Source of the DNA: a candidate division FCPU426 bacterium
GTDB taxonomy: Bacteria; Oederibacteriota; PGYV01; Palsa-1178
Reading direction: 5' to 3'
Length of the DNA stretch: 64,000 bases
NCBI GenBank assembly: GCA_963840035.1
Contig: CAWIXE010000002.1
Span: forward strand, 1,472,001 to 1,536,000
Made by a program: the position numbers and the translations under genes. Below, piece after piece: positions 53,996 through 64,000 of the stretch; the first letter of the stretch is position 1, and the number at the start of each line of letters is the position of its first letter. Below the pieces are notes generated by a model that was not told where the DNA came from, searched no databases, and saw nothing but the letters and a program-made list of their open reading frames with translations.

Positions 53996-54364
53996 CTATA
54001 CTACTTCAGGCGCGAGCGAGATTATCTTCAGGAAGTTTCTTTCCCTGAGTTCCCTTGCCACAGGCCCGAATATCCTGGTACCCCTCGGAAGGTTCTGGTC
54101 ATTGATAATAACTGCCGCGTTGTCGTCAAATCTGATGTAAGAACCGTCTTTTCTCCTGTGTTCCTTTTTTACCCTGACTATGACGGCTTTCACTACTTCT
54201 TTTCTCTTAACTCCGGCTCCCGGTATGGCGTCTTTTACAGCAGCCACAATTATGTCCCCTAAGCCCGCGTACCTTGCCCTTGTTCCGCCAAGGACCTTAA
54301 TACACATTATCTTCTTGGCGCCCGAATTATCCGCTACCTCAAGCCTTGTCATTTGCTGGATCAT
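53996..54364 (-). CDS. rplN: 50S ribosomal protein L14
   Basis: [17 protein letters not shown]; start moved to ATG 54364. Confidence 0.97.
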   Translation of the reverse strand: MIQQMTRLEVADNSGAKKIMCIKVLGGTRARYAGLGDIIVAAVKDAIPGAGVKRKEVVKAVIVRVKKEHRRKDGSYIRFDDNAAVIINDQNLPRGTRIFGPVARELRERNFLKIISLAPEVV

Positions 54365-54656
54365 TTTGTTCACTCCCGTCATTCACAAGGTCGGCTTTGT
54401 CCAAGCCTGTTTTCAGGATCTGTACAACCATCCACCTTTTGTTTTTGCTAAGAGGCCTTACTTCCTTTATGGAAACGAGGTCGCCCTTTTTGCACTCATT
54501 TTTTTCGTCATGCGCCATGAGTTTTGTGGTCCTCTTGACGTACTTTTTATACACGGCATGTTTTACTCTTCTTTCGACCTGTACTACCACGGTCTTGTTC
54601 ATCTTCGTGGAAAGCACCTTTGCGTCTATAATCCTTCTTGCGTTCGTATCGCTCAT
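54339..54656 (-). CDS. rpsQ: 30S ribosomal protein S17 with a C-terminal extension overlapping rplN
   Basis: [21 protein letters not shown]. Confidence 0.95.
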   Translation of the reverse strand: MSDTNARRIIDAKVLSTKMNKTVVVQVERRVKHAVYKKYVKRTTKLMAHDEKNECKKGDLVSIKEVRPLSKNKRWMVVQILKTGLDKADLVNDGSEQNDPANDKA

Positions 54657-54862
54657 TTAACGCTGCCTCCTTTAACTGACTTTTTCTCTTTTGCTATCGT
54701 AAGCAGCCTGGCGATGTCTGTCTTTATCTGTTTTACCTGCGCAGTATTTTCTATCTGCTTTGTCGATAACTTCATCTTGACCTTAAAAAGGTTCTCTTTT
54801 AACTCTTTTACTTTCCTGTCTATTTCTTCTGCGTTTAGGTCCCTGATTTCCTGCGGTTTCAT
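54653..54862 (-). CDS. rpmC: 50S ribosomal protein L29
   Basis: [17 protein letters not shown]. Confidence 0.95.
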   Translation of the reverse strand: MKPQEIRDLNAEEIDRKVKELKENLFKVKMKLSTKQIENTAQVKQIKTDIARLLTIAKEKKSVKGGSVK

Positions 54863-54880
54863 TATTTCCTCCGTTATGAA

Positions 54881-55294
54881 TTAAATCTCATGCCTTTTAA
54901 CAAACTGCACGTCGATCGGTAACTTACCTGAACACTTCTTAAAAGCAAGTTTCGCTATATCCTCAGTCACGCCATCCAACTCAAACATTATTCTGCCCGG
55001 TTTCACAACCGCTACCCAGAATTCCGGTGCGCCTTTTCCTTTTCCCATGCGGGTCTCAGCCGGTTTTTTCGTTACCGGTTTGTCCGGGAATATCCTGATC
55101 CAGAGCTTTCCGCCCTTTTTTAAGTTCCTGTTTATGGCAACCCTGGCCGCTTCTATCTGTCTTCCGGTTATCCAGTGCGGTTCCATCGCTTTCAGGCCGT
55201 AAAGTCCAAAGCTCACCTTGTTTCCGCTGGTGGCTTTCCCTTTCATCCTGCCCCTCTGCTGTTTCCTGTATTTTACCCTTGCCGGCATTAACAT
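54881..55294 (-). CDS. rplP: 50S ribosomal protein L16
   Basis: [22 protein letters not shown]. Confidence 0.97.
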   Translation of the reverse strand: MLMPARVKYRKQQRGRMKGKATSGNKVSFGLYGLKAMEPHWITGRQIEAARVAINRNLKKGGKLWIRIFPDKPVTKKPAETRMGKGKGAPEFWVAVVKPGRIMFELDGVTEDIAKLAFKKCSGKLPIDVQFVKRHEI

Positions 55295-55312
55295 TTTATG
55301 TGTTCCTCCGCT

Positions 55313-55960
55313 TTATTTGTTGTCTCCGGGAAGTATTTCTCCCTTGAAGACCCATACTTTTACGCCTATAGTGCCGTAAGTTGTGAATGCTGTCGCTGTT
55401 CCGTAATCAATGTCAGCCCGGAGTGTCTGGAGCGGTACTCTTCCTTCAACGTACCATTCTCTCCTGGCTATTTCAGCCCCGGCCAGACGGCCCGAGCATG
55501 CTACCTTTATGCCGAGCGCCCCTGAGTCCGGTGCCATGGCTGTCTGCATGGCTTTTTTCATCGCGCGCCTGTAGCTTATGCGTTTCTCAAGCTGCTGCGC
55601 TATATTCTCAGCGATCAGCGTCGCTTCAATCTCGGGTTTCTGTATTTCTTTCGGCTCTATGAGTATCTGCTTGCCAGTCTTTTTTTCGAGCGCTTTCCTC
55701 AGTTCCTCTACTTCGGCGCCCTTCCTGCCTATGATCATACCCGGCTTGGCTGTAAAAATCTTAAGGATGGCTTTGTTACCGGCCCTCTCGATTTCAACCC
55801 TTGAGATTCCGGCGCTATAAAGTTTTTCCTTAATAAATTTCCTTATGGTATGGTCTTCAAGGATAAGGTCCTTAAAGTTCTTTTTTGAAACAAGCCACCT
55901 TGATTTCCAGCCCTTTATGATCCCTATTCTGAGACCTTCGGGATTGATTTTCTGACCCAT
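55313..55960 (-). CDS. rpsC: 30S ribosomal protein S3
   Basis: [32 protein letters not shown]. Confidence 0.97.
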   Translation of the reverse strand: MGQKINPEGLRIGIIKGWKSRWLVSKKNFKDLILEDHTIRKFIKEKLYSAGISRVEIERAGNKAILKIFTAKPGMIIGRKGAEVEELRKALEKKTGKQILIEPKEIQKPEIEATLIAENIAQQLEKRISYRRAMKKAMQTAMAPDSGALGIKVACSGRLAGAEIARREWYVEGRVPLQTLRADIDYGTATAFTTYGTIGVKVWVFKGEILPGDNK

Positions 55961-55977
55961 AGATTTATTGTCTCCTT

Positions 55978-56325
55978 TTAATTTTTATTATCTGTTACAA
56001 CCACGGTTACGTGGCATGACCTTTTGTTTATCTTGGCCGCCCGTCCCATGGCGCGCGGCATAAATCTGCGCGCGTATTTCAGCGTCGGGCCGTGGTCTAC
56101 AACGATCGACTTAATGACCAGTTTGTCCGCGTCCGCGCCAAAGTTTTTTGAAGCATTCGCTACAGCCGATTTTAATACCTTTAATAAATGCGGCGCAGCG
56201 TTCCTGTCTATGAACGGAAGCACTGTAAGTGCTTCTTCCACTCTCTTTTTCGCCAACGCTTTGGCAACAACCCTTACTTTCCTCGCGGGCATCCTCAGGT
56301 GCTTTATTGTTGATTTAGCTTCCAT
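55978..56325 (-). CDS. rplV: 50S ribosomal protein L22
   Basis: KSAVANA, PRAMGRA. Confidence 0.96.
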   Translation of the reverse strand: MEAKSTIKHLRMPARKVRVVAKALAKKRVEEALTVLPFIDRNAAPHLLKVLKSAVANASKNFGADADKLVIKSIVVDHGPTLKYARRFMPRAMGRAAKINKRSCHVTVVVTDNKN

Positions 56326-56421
56326 TTATAGCTGCTCCTTCCGTATATTTATTACGCTTCTTTACATTCTTTCATTAACCCGGCACAAGACCCTGAAGAG
56401 CGCCCTGAGCCAGTCAAAAGT

Positions 56422-56706
56422 TTAGGTTTTTGCCAGTGATTCTTTCTTAGCTTCGCCGTGTCCTTTGAATATCCTGGTCGGCGAAAATTCTCCGAGCTTG
56501 TGTCCGACCATGTTCTCAGTCACGAAAACAGGAATGAACTTCCTGCCGTTATGAACCGCAAACGTGAATCCTACCATTTCAGGTGATATGGCTGACCTTC
56601 TTGCCCAGGTCTTGATGATCTTCTTCTCGCCTGACTGAATCATCTTGGTTACTTTTTCAAGCAGCTTCTCGTCGATAAACGGGCCTTTCTTTAATGACCT
56701 TGTCAT
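56422..56706 (-). CDS. rpsS: 30S ribosomal protein S19
   Basis: [21 protein letters not shown]. Confidence 0.97.
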   Translation of the reverse strand: MTRSLKKGPFIDEKLLEKVTKMIQSGEKKIIKTWARRSAISPEMVGFTFAVHNGRKFIPVFVTENMVGHKLGEFSPTRIFKGHGEAKKESLAKT

Positions 56707-57555
56707 TTACTGTAGCCCTCCTGTTGCTTTTTCTTTCTTCCTTCTTAATATATACCTGCTCGAAAGTTTCTTTTTGTTCCTCGTCTTGAAGCCCTTTGCC
56801 TTGACGCCGGTTGGCGACTGCGGATGCTGTCCTGACTTGGATTTTCCTTCTCCTCCGCCCATCGGATGGTCGACCGGGTTCATTGCTATAGCCCTGTTCC
56901 TCGGCTTCCAGCCCATCCAGCGGTATCTTCCTGCTTTTCCTATGACCATATTTTCGTGGTCGAGATTTCCGACCTGTCCTACTGTGGCGTAGCAGACCGA
57001 ACGTACCATGCGAAGCTCGCCTGACGGCATCTTTAAAACAGCCTGTCCGGCTTCCTTACCCATAATCTGCGCGAAAGCGCCGGCTCCGCGGGCGATTGTT
57101 CCGCCCTGGCCGGGATTAAGTTCAATATTATGCACGATAGTACCGACCGGGATGGACTGCAGCGGAAGCGAATTACCCACTTTTATTTCTGCTTCCTCGC
57201 CGCTCATAAGCTTTTCGCCTACCGTCAATCCTACCGGTGCTATGATGTACCTTTTCTCGCCGTCCATATATTTAAGAAGGGCTATCCTTGACGACCTGTT
57301 CGGATCGTACTCTATGGACTCTACAATCGCGGGTACGCCTTTTTTGTCGCGTTTAAAGTCTATCATCCTGTAGGCTTTTTTGTGTCCGCCGCCTCTGAAC
57401 CTGGATGTTATCCTGCCGAGGTTGTTACGGCCATTTTTACTGTGTACGTGCTTTGTCAGCGATTTTTCCGGCGTTTCTTTGGTAATGTCCTCTTTTGTAT
57501 CGACGGTCATGTACCTTCTGCTCGGTGTAATCGGCCTGAAAGATTTCATTCCCAT
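56707..57555 (-). CDS. rplB: 50S ribosomal protein L2
   Basis: [21 protein letters not shown]. Confidence 0.98.
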   Translation of the reverse strand: MGMKSFRPITPSRRYMTVDTKEDITKETPEKSLTKHVHSKNGRNNLGRITSRFRGGGHKKAYRMIDFKRDKKGVPAIVESIEYDPNRSSRIALLKYMDGEKRYIIAPVGLTVGEKLMSGEEAEIKVGNSLPLQSIPVGTIVHNIELNPGQGGTIARGAGAFAQIMGKEAGQAVLKMPSGELRMVRSVCYATVGQVGNLDHENMVIGKAGRYRWMGWKPRNRAIAMNPVDHPMGGGEGKSKSGQHPQSPTGVKAKGFKTRNKKKLSSRYILRRKKEKATGGLQ

Positions 57556-57559
57556 GTTC

Positions 57560-57847
57560 TTATACTCCTTCTAATATTTCTATTTTTTCATCTTTTTTAA
57601 GCTTGACTATGGCTTTCTTCATGCGTCTCGCTTCGGAAGAATTCTTGCCGAACCTCTTTGCCTTGCCCGGCATGGTGCATGTATTTACCTTTATGACGTG
57701 AACCTTAAAAAGCGTCTCAACAGCCTGCTTTATCAGCTCTTTGTTGGCGTTTTTTTCCACTTCAAAAGTGTAAAAATTGCCCTCTTCCCTTACGCGTCCG
57801 CTTTTTTCCGTAAGAAGCGGCCTTTTGATTACTTTGTAAATGTCCAT
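57560..57847 (-). CDS. rplW: 50S ribosomal protein L23
   Basis: [24 protein letters not shown]. Confidence 0.96.
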   Translation of the reverse strand: MDIYKVIKRPLLTEKSGRVREEGNFYTFEVEKNANKELIKQAVETLFKVHVIKVNTCTMPGKAKRFGKNSSEARRMKKAIVKLKKDEKIEILEGV

Positions 57848-57850
57848 GTA

Positions 57851-58474
57851 TTATCCCTTCCTCTTCGTGAGCTCTTCGAGCGCCTTAAGCGTCATCACAA
57901 TATTTTTATGTATCATGAGCTCATAAATATTCAGGTTGCTGTCCTTTGTGACTGTCAGCGTCTGGATGTTCCTTGATGCTTTCAGGAAGTTTCCGTCAGC
58001 CTTGTCCACGACAAGCAGGACCTTTTTATTTTTCAGGTTAAAGTTATTCAAAAAAGCTATTACTTCCTTTGTCTTCGGGGCCGCAACTGTTATATCGTTT
58101 ATAAGCGAAATTTCGTTGTCCCTTAATTTACCCGCAAGCACGGCAAGCATAGCCTGTTTCCTCTGTGCCTTGCTTAAGTAAATCCTGGACCTGAAAGGTT
58201 TCGGTCCGAATGTTACTCCGCCGCCTTTCCATATGGGGGAGCGGATGGAACCGTGTCTGGCCTGTCCGGTGCCTTTCTGCTTCCATGGTTTCTTTCCACC
58301 GCCCTGAACCTGTCCTCTTCCGAGGGTGTTCGACGAACCGGTATGCTGGTTCTGCTCAAAGGCGAGCAGGGCATCGTGTATAAGGTCGTCTTTTGTCTCG
58401 ACCTTAAGGAAGCTGTCGTCTACTTCAAACTCCGACACTTTCTTGTTTTCTTTGTCCAAAACTGCCAGTTTCAT
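57851..58474 (-). CDS. rplD: 50S ribosomal protein L4
   Basis: KPWKQKGTGQARHGS..GGGVTFGP. Confidence 0.97.
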   Translation of the reverse strand: MKLAVLDKENKKVSEFEVDDSFLKVETKDDLIHDALLAFEQNQHTGSSNTLGRGQVQGGGKKPWKQKGTGQARHGSIRSPIWKGGGVTFGPKPFRSRIYLSKAQRKQAMLAVLAGKLRDNEISLINDITVAAPKTKEVIAFLNNFNLKNKKVLLVVDKADGNFLKASRNIQTLTVTKDSNLNIYELMIHKNIVMTLKALEELTKRKG

Positions 58475-58500
58475 TATAATGCTCCTTTAAACTCTTAATA

Positions 58501-58526
58501 GTACGGGACGGATATCGTCCCCTACC
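58501..58526. repeat. GTAG-type REP inside the S10 operon (rplC-rplD spacer)
   Basis: GGGACG-gatat-CGTCCC-CTAC. Confidence 0.6.
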
Positions 58527-58530
58527 GTGA

Positions 58531-59211
58531 TTATTTCTTAACTTTTACCGCCACGTTCTTTTTCTTAGCGGCTTTTTTGACTGTTACTATGCCGTTGTTC
58601 GCGCCCGGGACAGATCCCCTTAAGAGCATGAACTTGTTCTCAGCGTCAATTTTCTCCACTTTAAGGTTCATGGTAGTGACCTTATCAAAACCCATCCTGC
58701 CGGCCATCTTCATATTCTTGAAGACCCTCGCAGGGAATGTGGATGAACCGATGGAACCCGGCGCCCTGTGCTGCATGGAACCGTGTGAAGCGGGTCCTCC
58801 GTGGAAGTTATGTCTTTTCATTACTCCCTGGAATCCCTTGCCTTTTGATATGCCGGCTACGTCAATAAAATCGCCTTCTTTAAAAACGCTGTCCACGGTG
58901 ATCTTATCGCCGACATTAAACTTGGCCGCCTCTTCCGCCGTGAGCCTTATTTCGGTTACTACGCTCTTCATAGGAAGGTCCAGCTTGTTCTTTTCATTTT
59001 TAAACATGCCCTTGGTGGCCTTATTGACATTTTTCGGTTTCTTTACGTCAATGGTGCCAAGCTTTAAAGCGACATATCCGTCCCTCTCGATAGTCTTTTT
59101 ATCGACTATGATGGAATCCTCTACCTGTACGATCGTCACCGGCACTACTTCGCCCTGTGCGTTAAAAACCTGTGTCATTCCCAATTTCTTGCCGATTAGT
59201 TTTGTTACCAC
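58531..59211 (-). CDS. rplC: 50S ribosomal protein L3
   Basis: GKKLGMTQ, SKGKGFQG, HRAPGSIG; GTG start. Confidence 0.97.
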   Translation of the reverse strand: MVTKLIGKKLGMTQVFNAQGEVVPVTIVQVEDSIIVDKKTIERDGYVALKLGTIDVKKPKNVNKATKGMFKNEKNKLDLPMKSVVTEIRLTAEEAAKFNVGDKITVDSVFKEGDFIDVAGISKGKGFQGVMKRHNFHGGPASHGSMQHRAPGSIGSSTFPARVFKNMKMAGRMGFDKVTTMNLKVEKIDAENKFMLLRGSVPGANNGIVTVKKAAKKKNVAVKVKK

Positions 59212-59227
59212 TTGTCATTTCCTCCGT

Positions 59228-59542
59228 TTACAGCTTTATTTCAACGTCAATCCCGGCCGGAAGGTCGAGATTTTTTAACTTCTCGACTGTTTCGTGGTTC
59301 GGGTCGAGGATGTCTATCAGCCTCTTGTGAATACGCATTTCGAACTGTTCCCTTGACTTTTTGTCAACGTGAACAGACCTCTGAATCGTGTACTTGTGCA
59401 TCTTTGTAGGAAGCGGTATCGGCCCTGATACGCGCGCTCCGGTTTCTTTTACCTTCTTGATAATGTCCGTCACGGATTTATCAAGCAGCTTGTGGTCATA
59501 GGCCTTAAGCCTTATCCTGATCTTTTGTGTATCTAACTGCAT
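59228..59542 (-). CDS. rpsJ: 30S ribosomal protein S10
   Basis: [23 protein letters not shown]. Confidence 0.97.
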   Translation of the reverse strand: MQLDTQKIRIRLKAYDHKLLDKSVTDIIKKVKETGARVSGPIPLPTKMHKYTIQRSVHVDKKSREQFEMRIHKRLIDILDPNHETVEKLKNLDLPAGIDVEIKL

Positions 59543-59558
59543 TAGTAAGTCTCCCTTC

Positions 59559-60761
59559 CTATTCTACGACTTCGGTAATAACGCCCGAGCCGACTGTCCT
59601 GCCGCCCTCGCGGATGGCGAACCTTAACTCTTTTTCCATGGCTATGGGAGTTATCAACTCAACATCCATAGCAATATTGTCTCCCGGCATAACCATTTCC
59701 ACTCCTGCCGGCAGTTTGATTGATCCTGTTACGTCCGTTGTCCTGAAATAGAACTGCGGGCGGTAATTGTTAAAGAACGGCGTGTGACGTCCGCCTTCGT
59801 CTTTGTTTAACACGTACACCTGGCTTTTGAACTTCTTATGCGGCGTTATCGAGCCCGGCTTGCAGCATACCTGGCCCCTTTCGATATCGTCTTTTTCCAC
59901 GCCGCGCAGCAGAAGCCCTACGTTGTCTCCGGCCTGTCCTTCGTCCAGAAGCTTCCTGAACATTTCAACTCCGGTTACAACCGATTTCCTGGTGTCCTTG
60001 AATCCTACTATCTCGATTTCCTCATTGACTTTAACTTTTCCTCTTTCGATCCTTCCCGTGGCTACTGTGCCGCGGCCCGTGATTGAAAATACGTCCTCAA
60101 CCGCCATAAGGAACGGCTTGTCTATCTCCCTCTTGGGTTCAGGTATGAATGTGTCGAGCGCGTCCATCAGGTCAAGGATAGCTTTCGCTTCCGGGCCTTT
60201 CGGGTCGTTTAATGCTTTTACTGCCGAGCCCCTGATTACCGGCGTCTTGTCGCCCGGGAACTCGTATTTTTTCAGAAGGTCCCTGATCTCTTCTTCTACC
60301 AGGTCTATCATTTCCTTATCGTCTACAAGGTCTACCTTATTTAAGAATACCACTATGTGCGGTACTCCTACCTGCCTGGCTAACAGGATGTGTTCCCTTG
60401 TCTGCGGCATTGGTCCGTCTACCGCTGATACAACGAGTATCGCTCCGTCCATCTGCGCGGCTCCCGTGATCATGTTCTTTACATAGTCAGCGTGGCCCGG
60501 GCAGTCAACGTGCGCGTAGTGCCTCTTTGCCGATGAATACTCCACGTGCGATGTCGCGATCGTCAATATCTTTGTCGCGTCCCTGCGGCCCTGCGACGCC
60601 GATGCTTTCGCCACTTCGTCGTACGGTATGTACGTTGCCATTCCCTGCGCTGCCATTACGTTCGTAATAGCCGCTGTCAGTGTCGTCTTGCCGTGGTCTA
60701 CATGTCCGATCGTTCCCACGTTTACGTGCGGTTTCGTCCTGTCAAATTTCTGTTTGCCCAT
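59559..60761 (-). CDS. tuf: Elongation factor Tu (atypical switch-I sequence)
   Basis: [28 protein letters not shown]. Confidence 0.98.
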   Translation of the reverse strand: MGKQKFDRTKPHVNVGTIGHVDHGKTTLTAAITNVMAAQGMATYIPYDEVAKASASQGRRDATKILTIATSHVEYSSAKRHYAHVDCPGHADYVKNMITGAAQMDGAILVVSAVDGPMPQTREHILLARQVGVPHIVVFLNKVDLVDDKEMIDLVEEEIRDLLKKYEFPGDKTPVIRGSAVKALNDPKGPEAKAILDLMDALDTFIPEPKREIDKPFLMAVEDVFSITGRGTVATGRIERGKVKVNEEIEIVGFKDTRKSVVTGVEMFRKLLDEGQAGDNVGLLLRGVEKDDIERGQVCCKPGSITPHKKFKSQVYVLNKDEGGRHTPFFNNYRPQFYFRTTDVTGSIKLPAGVEMVMPGDNIAMDVELITPIAMEKELRFAIREGGRTVGSGVITEVVE

Positions 60762-60844
60762 TTTAAATCCTCCTGTAAGGGAAGTTTTTTATATATTCTA
60801 CTCAGTTCATTAATCCGCAATCATCAATCAACTATCTTCAATCG

Positions 60845-62950
60845 TTACCCGCGGCCGCCCGTGAATTTCGTGGACAGCTGCTCTTTTATGTTATTGGGAA
60901 CCGGTTCATACTTTGCGAACTGCATTGTATAGTTCGCGCGGCCCTGGCTCATTGAGCGAAGGTCTGTGGCGTATCCGAACATGTCCCCGAGCGGAACAAA
61001 ACACCTGATGTGGGTTGCTTTTCCCCTTTTCTCGAGGTTCTCTATCCTTCCGCGCCTGGAACTCAAGTTGCCTATGATATCTCCCATGAAGTCTTCGGGA
61101 GTAACTACCTCAACGTCCATGATGGGCTCGAGTATCTGCGGGTTGGCTTTCCTGAAAGCATCCTTAAACGCCATGGAAGCCGCTATCTTAAAGGACATTT
61201 CCGACGAGTCAACTTCGTGGAACGAACCGTCATTAACAGTGATCCTTATGTCGTTTACAGGGTAGCCTGCGATAACTCCGATTGCCATGGCTTCCTGGAT
61301 ACCTTTATCTATAGCCGGTATGTATTCCCTGGGGATTACGCCGCCGACAATGTCATTTACAAATTCATAGCCTTTGCCGCGCTCAAGCGGTTCGATCTCG
61401 AGGCAAACGTGTCCGTACTGCCCGCGTCCGCCGGTCTGCCTTATGTACTTGCCTTCGGCTTCGGCTTTGCCCGATATGGTCTCTCTATATGATACTTCAG
61501 GTTTGCCGACATTGGCCTCAACCTTAAACTCCCTTTTCATCCTGTCCACGATAATTTCAAGGTGAAGCTCTCCCATACCCGAAATAATGGTCTGGGCTGT
61601 TTCTTCATCGGTCCTGACCCTGAAAGTCGGATCTTCTTCAGCGAGCTTTGAAAGAGCAAAGCCCATCTTTTCCTGGTCAGCCTTTGTCTTGGGTTCAACA
61701 GCGACAAAGATAACCGGTTCCGGGAATACCATCTTTTCGAGTACGACCGCGTTGTCTTCCGTGCATATGGTATCGCCCGTGAAAGAATCCTTAAGTCCTA
61801 TGCCGGCCACGATGTCTCCGGTGTACGCTTCTTTAATTTCTTCCCTGTGATTGGCGTGCATCCTGATAAGGCGGCCGATCCTCTCGGTCTTGTCCTTGGC
61901 AGAATTATAAACGTAGGAACCCGAAGAGAGCATTCCTGAATAGATCCTGAAATAAGTCAGCCTTCCGACGAACGGGTCTGACATGATTTTAAATACTATG
62001 GCGGTGAAAGGCTCGGAGTCATCCGGCTTCCTGTATACTATAAGGTCTTTTCCTTCTGCGTCCACGTGGTGCGGGTCAAAACCCTGTACCGGAGGTATGT
62101 CGAGCGGGGAAGGCAGGTAGTCAACAACCGCGTCTAAAAGCGGCTGAACACCCTTATTTTTAAATGCTGTGCCGCAAAGGACCGGCACTATTTTGAATTC
62201 AAGGGTTGCTTTACGTATTGCTTTCTTTAATAGGTCTATCGGAAGTTCTTTGCCTTCGAGGGCGAGTTCCATAAGAGTGTCATCAAACTCGGCTACTGAA
62301 TCAACAAGCTTTTCCCTCCACTTTTTAGCGTCTGCCTGGAGTTCCGGCCTGATGGCTTTGTAATCAAATATAGCGCCCAGCTCTTCATTGTGCCAGACGA
62401 TTTCCTGCATTTTTACGAGGTCAACGATTCCTTCAAACTTGTCTTCCGCGCCTATCGGGAGGCAAAGCGGGACCGGGTTCGCGTTGAGCTTTTCTTCGAC
62501 AGTGCCTATCGACATCCAAAAATCGGCGCCGATCCTGTCCATCTTATTAAAGAATATGAGCCTTGGCACTTTGTATTTGTTAGCCTGGCGCCAGACTGTT
62601 TCAGTCTGGGGCTCAACGCCGTTAACCGAGTCAAAAACCGTTACGGCTCCGTCAAGTATACGCAGCGACCTTTCAACTTCGATTGTGAAGTCTACATGGC
62701 CCGGTGTGTCGATAATATTAATCCTGTGATCATTCCACATGCAGGTAGTGGCGGCTGACGTAATCGTGATGCCGCGCTCCTGTTCCTGTTCCATCCAGTC
62801 CATGGTGGCCGCGCCCTCATGAACTTCGCCTATCTTATGTGTCTTTCCTGTATAGTAAAGTATGCGCTCTGTAAGGGTCGTTTTACCGGCGTCAATGTGC
62901 GCCATTATTCCGATGTTCCTCGTCTTCAGCAGTGAAAATTCTCTTGGCAT
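60845..62950 (-). CDS. fusA: Elongation factor G
   Basis: [29 protein letters not shown]. Confidence 0.98.
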   Translation of the reverse strand: MPREFSLLKTRNIGIMAHIDAGKTTLTERILYYTGKTHKIGEVHEGAATMDWMEQEQERGITITSAATTCMWNDHRINIIDTPGHVDFTIEVERSLRILDGAVTVFDSVNGVEPQTETVWRQANKYKVPRLIFFNKMDRIGADFWMSIGTVEEKLNANPVPLCLPIGAEDKFEGIVDLVKMQEIVWHNEELGAIFDYKAIRPELQADAKKWREKLVDSVAEFDDTLMELALEGKELPIDLLKKAIRKATLEFKIVPVLCGTAFKNKGVQPLLDAVVDYLPSPLDIPPVQGFDPHHVDAEGKDLIVYRKPDDSEPFTAIVFKIMSDPFVGRLTYFRIYSGMLSSGSYVYNSAKDKTERIGRLIRMHANHREEIKEAYTGDIVAGIGLKDSFTGDTICTEDNAVVLEKMVFPEPVIFVAVEPKTKADQEKMGFALSKLAEEDPTFRVRTDEETAQTIISGMGELHLEIIVDRMKREFKVEANVGKPEVSYRETISGKAEAEGKYIRQTGGRGQYGHVCLEIEPLERGKGYEFVNDIVGGVIPREYIPAIDKGIQEAMAIGVIAGYPVNDIRITVNDGSFHEVDSSEMSFKIAASMAFKDAFRKANPQILEPIMDVEVVTPEDFMGDIIGNLSSRRGRIENLEKRGKATHIRCFVPLGDMFGYATDLRSMSQGRANYTMQFAKYEPVPNNIKEQLSTKFTGGRG

Positions 62951-63046
62951 GGTACCGTTTCTCCTAATTTGTTTTGAATTTCATTTGTTCGTCGTTCTTG
63001 TTCTATACTCACCCTTGCGCTATGGGCTCTGGGCTTTGCTGCTTGT

Positions 63047-63514
63047 TTACCAGCGGTAATGCGCAAACGCCTTATTCGCGTCCGCCATCTTATGCGTATC
63101 TTCTTTCTTTTTAATCGCTCCGCCCTGGTTGTTTAAAGCGGCTAATAATTCATTTGCAAGCCTTTCATATGTTTTCTTTTCTTTTCTTTCCCTGACCGCG
63201 TTGATAAGCCAACGGATAGCCAGCGACTGCCTTCTTTCCGGCGCTACTTCTACCGGAATCTGGTAATTGGCTCCGCCGATCCTTCTGGTCTTAAGCTCGA
63301 GAAGCGGCTTGATATTTTCTATAGCCGTCTTGAGCGAAGCGATAGGGTCTTTGCCCTGTTTTTCAATAACTTCAAGGGCGTCATAAACTATGGCTTCAGC
63401 GGTAGCTTTCCTGCCCTGAAGCATCATGCAGTTTATAAGCTTCATGACAGTCTGGCTGTTAAACTTTGTATCCGGCGCAACTTCCCTTTTTACTACTCTT
63501 TTTCTCCTAGGCAT
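63047..63514 (-). CDS. rpsG: 30S ribosomal protein S7
   Basis: RRIGGANYQIP, ANKAFAHYRW. Confidence 0.97.
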   Translation of the reverse strand: MPRRKRVVKREVAPDTKFNSQTVMKLINCMMLQGRKATAEAIVYDALEVIEKQGKDPIASLKTAIENIKPLLELKTRRIGGANYQIPVEVAPERRQSLAIRWLINAVRERKEKKTYERLANELLAALNNQGGAIKKKEDTHKMADANKAFAHYRW

Positions 63515-63567
63515 ATCTTGTAACTCCTTTATCTTTTATTGCTTTATTTTTCATCGTTCATCAACCA

Positions 63568-63600
63568 TATTGGTCATTAGTAATTGGTAATTAGTAATTA
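63568..63600. repeat. 7-bp-period array identical to 2454-2486
   Basis: 33-bp exact match that includes the rpsL stop codon. Confidence 0.85.
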
Positions 63601-63984
63601 AGCCTTTTTCTCTTTTTTAGGGGCTTTAGCGCCGTACTTTGAACGGCTCTGCTTCCTGTCAGCCACACCCTGTGTGTCGAGTGTTCCGCGTACGATGTGA
63701 TAACGTACGCCCGGAAGATCTTTTACCCTGCCGCCCCTGATGAGCACGATTGAGTGCTCCTGAAGGTTATGGCCTACGCCCGGTATGTAGCATGTGACTT
63801 CCTGTTTGTTGGAAAGCCTTACCCTTGCTACTTTTCTCAAGGCTGAATTCGGTTTTTTCGGGGTTACTGTGTAAACCCTGGTGCATACGCCCCTCTTCTG
63901 AGGACATGATTTAAGCGCGGGCGCTTTTGTTTTTACTCTGACTTTATTTCTTTTGTGTCTTACTAACTGATTGATTGTAGGCAA
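63598..63984 (-). CDS. rpsL: 30S ribosomal protein S12
   Basis: [32 protein letters not shown] start. Confidence 0.98.
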   Translation of the reverse strand: MPTINQLVRHKRNKVRVKTKAPALKSCPQKRGVCTRVYTVTPKKPNSALRKVARVRLSNKQEVTCYIPGVGHNLQEHSIVLIRGGRVKDLPGVRYHIVRGTLDTQGVADRKQSRSKYGAKAPKKEKKA

Positions 63985-64000
63985 ACTAAAGCCTCCTTTA

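Noticed and set aside
44542..63059. Numerous plus-strand ORFs across the ribosomal cluster (and similar shadow ORFs elsewhere)
   Set aside because: Antisense shadows of well-identified genes.

Overview
This is a bacterial chromosomal window from a diderm organism, with most genes on the minus strand. The Thr-rich CBM-like lipoproteins, PorV/FadL-like barrels and divergent EF-Tu switch I suggest a candidate phylum such as Goldbacteria/Firestonebacteria; this is a low-confidence inference. Layout from left to right: (i) a partial peptide ABC permease and a sugar ABC operon whose MalG-type permease carries an RpoC-like sandwich-barrel-hybrid insert; (ii) a ~10 kb operon with TetR-type operators, an ABC-2 pair, four MacB/LolE-type permeases, a LolA-like protein, an outer-membrane protein and an ATPase; (iii) a divergently transcribed split transketolase with a rewired active site plus a form IV RuBisCO-like protein (KDDH type), the best candidate for an undescribed metabolic pathway; (iv) metF-crcB-DUF190-amidohydrolase; (v) a SusC/D-free glycan-capture-like locus; (vi) a second sugar ABC operon, tRNA-Arg(CCT), ccdA/tlpA, a RelBE-like TA pair and fba; (vii) the str-S10-spc-alpha ribosomal superoperon, with a 1-nt frameshift in rplQ. 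Intergenic DNA is heavily colonised by three repeat systems: GTAG-type REP hairpins, two 115-bp nested palindromes, and about 25 degenerate 7-bp-period arrays that mostly sit directly after stop codons. No CRISPR array, rRNA, integrase or transposase was seen.
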